64,000 nucleotides of DNA, taken from NCBI GenBank assembly GCA_049840735.1, contig JASGJN010000026.1:1-64000 (forward strand). The letters are read 5' to 3'. Made by a program: the position numbers and the translations under genes. Each line of letters begins with the position of its first letter. Position 1 is the stretch's first letter. Below the pieces are notes generated by a model. It did not search any database and was not told the DNA's origin. It saw only the letters and a program-made list of their open reading frames with translations. This document shows positions 62,006 to 64,000 of this stretch, in pieces. This stretch comes from Anaeromyxobacter sp. (GTDB lineage Bacteria > Myxococcota > Myxococcia > Myxococcales > Anaeromyxobacteraceae).

Positions 62006-64000
62006 ATGGCCCAGGACCTGCTCCAGGATCTCAACGACGCCCAGCGCGAGGCGGTGCTGCACGGCGACGGCCCGCTGCTGGTGCTGGCGGGCGCCGGCTC
62101 CGGCAAGACCCGCGTCATCGTCCACCGGATCGCCCGGCTGGTGCTGGAGCAGGGGGTCATGCCCTGGCACGTCCTGGCCGTCACCTTCACCAACAAGGCC
62201 GCAGGGGAGATGAAGGAGCGGCTGGAGGGGCTCTTGGGGCCGACGCTGGCGGCCGACCTGTGGGTCCAGACCTTCCACGCCTTCGGCGCCCGCTTCCTGC
62301 GCCGCGAGGCGGCGCGCGCCGGGCTGCCGCCGGCCTTCGTCATCTACGACGACGACGACCAGATTCCGGCTCATGAAGGGGCTCTTGGCGGAGATGGGCG
62401 CCGACGAGCAGTTCTCGCCGCGCGAGGCCCTCTCGCAGATCGACCGCTGGAAGAACGCCGCCCTGCTGCCGGACGAGGTGAAGCCCGCCCACCACGACGA
62501 GCGCGGGCTCAAGCTGCAGGAGGCCTACCGCCGCTACACCGCGCAGCTGGCGCGGGCCGGCGCGGTGGACTTCGGCGACCTGCTGGTCTGCCCGCTGCGG
62601 CTGCTGGAGCAGGACCGCTTCCTGCGCGAGCGGTGGGCGGGGCGCTTCCGCTACCTGCTGGTGGACGAGTTCCAGGACACGAACCCGGCGCAGTACCGGC
62701 TCATGCGGCTCCTGGCCGGGGAGCGCCGGAACGTCTGCGTGGTGGGCGACGACGACCAGGCCATCTACCGCTGGCGCGGCGCCGACGTATCCAACATCCT
62801 CGACTTCGACAAGGACTTCCCCGGCACGCGCGTGGTCAAGCTGGAGCAGAATTACCGCTCCACCCGCAACGTGCTGGACGCCGCCCACGCCGTCATCTCG
62901 CGCGCCCGGCGACGGCGCGAGAAGCGGCTCTGGACCGAGCGCGACGGCGGCGCGCCGCTGGCGCTGCTGGTGGGCGAGGACGAGCACACCGAGGCGGAGC
63001 GGATCGCGCGCGCGGTGGTGGAGGAGCGGGCGCGCGGGACGCAGGGCGACGAGATCGCGGTCCTGTACCGGACCAACGCCCAGTCGCGGCCCATCGAGGC
63101 GGCGCTGCGCGCGGTCCGCGTCCCCTACGTGATCGTGCGCGGCACCAGCTTCTACGACCGGGCCGAGGTGAAGGACGCCGCCGCGTATCTCCGCCTGGCG
63201 CTCAACCCCTCCTCCGACCTGGACGTGCTGCGGGTCATCAACCGCCCGGCGCGCGGCATCGGCGACCGGACGGTGGAGCGGCTGCAGGCGCTGGCCCGCG
63301 CCCGCGACCTGCCGCTGATCCAGGCCATGGGGGACCGCGACGCGCTGGCGGAGCTGAAGCCGGCCGCCCGGCGGGCGCTGGGCGAGTTCCACGCGCTGGT
63401 GATGGCGCTGGCCGCCGAGGTGCCCAGCGCCGACGCCGGCACCGCGGTGCAGGAGGCGCTGAAGCGGAGCGGGATGCTGGCCCGCCTGGAGGAGGAGCGG
63501 AGCGACGAGGCGGTGGAGCGGGCCGAGAACCTGACCGAGCTGGTCGCGGCCGCGCGCGAGTTCGACGAGACGCTGCTGGGCGAGCCGGCGCCGCGCGATC
63601 CGGAGGAGGTGCGCCCGCCGCCGCTGGCGCGCTTCCTGGAGCAGATCGCGCTGCTGGGCGAGGCCGACGCGGCCACGCCGGAGGGGCGGGTGGCGCTCAT
63701 GACGCTGCACGCCGCCAAGGGGCTGGAGTTCGACGCGGTCTTCCTGGCCGGGCTGGAGGACGGGACGCTCCCCTACGAGCGCCCCTGGGCCGAGGAGTCC
63801 GGGAGCGAGCGGGCGGAGAGCCTGGATGAGGAGCGGCGGCTCTGCTACGTGGGCATGACCCGCGCGCGCAAGCGCCTCACGCTCTCGCTGGCGCGCCGGC
63901 GCATGGGCTACGGAGACGGGGGCCCGAGCTACCGGCAGATGGAGCCCAGCCGGTTCCTGCGCGACCTGCCGCCGGAGCTGTTCGGCGACGCGGTGGCGCG
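62006..64000 (+). CDS. uvrD: UvrD/PcrA helicase, 1-nt insertion near 62364, runs off the window end
   Basis: LAGAGSGKTRV, TFTNKAA; after the shift VDEFQDTN, VGDDDQAIY.WRGA, LEQNYRST, MTLHAAKGLEF, EERRLCYVGMTRA. Confidence 0.95.

Noticed and set aside
62355..62375. Programmed frameshift or pseudogene in uvrD
   Set aside because: A single extra base (CAGATTCCGG vs CAG ATC CGG), no slippery site and intact motifs on both sides; most likely a sequencing error.

Overview
Very GC-rich bacterial chromosomal DNA. Gene content and style suggest Anaeromyxobacter/Myxococcota (inference, no search run). The first ~70 nt match an untrimmed Oxford Nanopore adapter plus native barcode, so the isolated frameshifts (cysK, uvrD/pcrA, two small genes) may be sequencing errors. 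Coding content: dnaB, two toxin-antitoxin pairs (VapBC-like, BrnTA), an M16 peptidase pair, a complete LacI-controlled L-arabinose locus (araB, araA, araD, ytfQRT-yjfF-type ABC transporter, galM), metH, lolA, a tandem rhomboid pair with one catalytically dead copy, patB/malY, cysK, cidR-cidA-lrgB, two orphan histidine kinases, rimO, yajQ, rnj and uvrD/pcrA. The most unusual signal is non-coding. A GTAG-type REP-like palindrome (about a dozen copies, with covarying stems) is coupled to a ~300-nt rod-shaped nested-palindrome element. That element occurs once at 24.1-24.5 kb and as a three-unit head-to-tail array (470/426/426 bp) at 40.7-42.1 kb, with no transposase in the window. Also present: a phased DnaA-box array upstream of dnaB, twin LacI operators with identical promoter geometry, repeats bracketing the ara locus, and at least eight genes with a leaderless TANNNT-N6/7-start layout.
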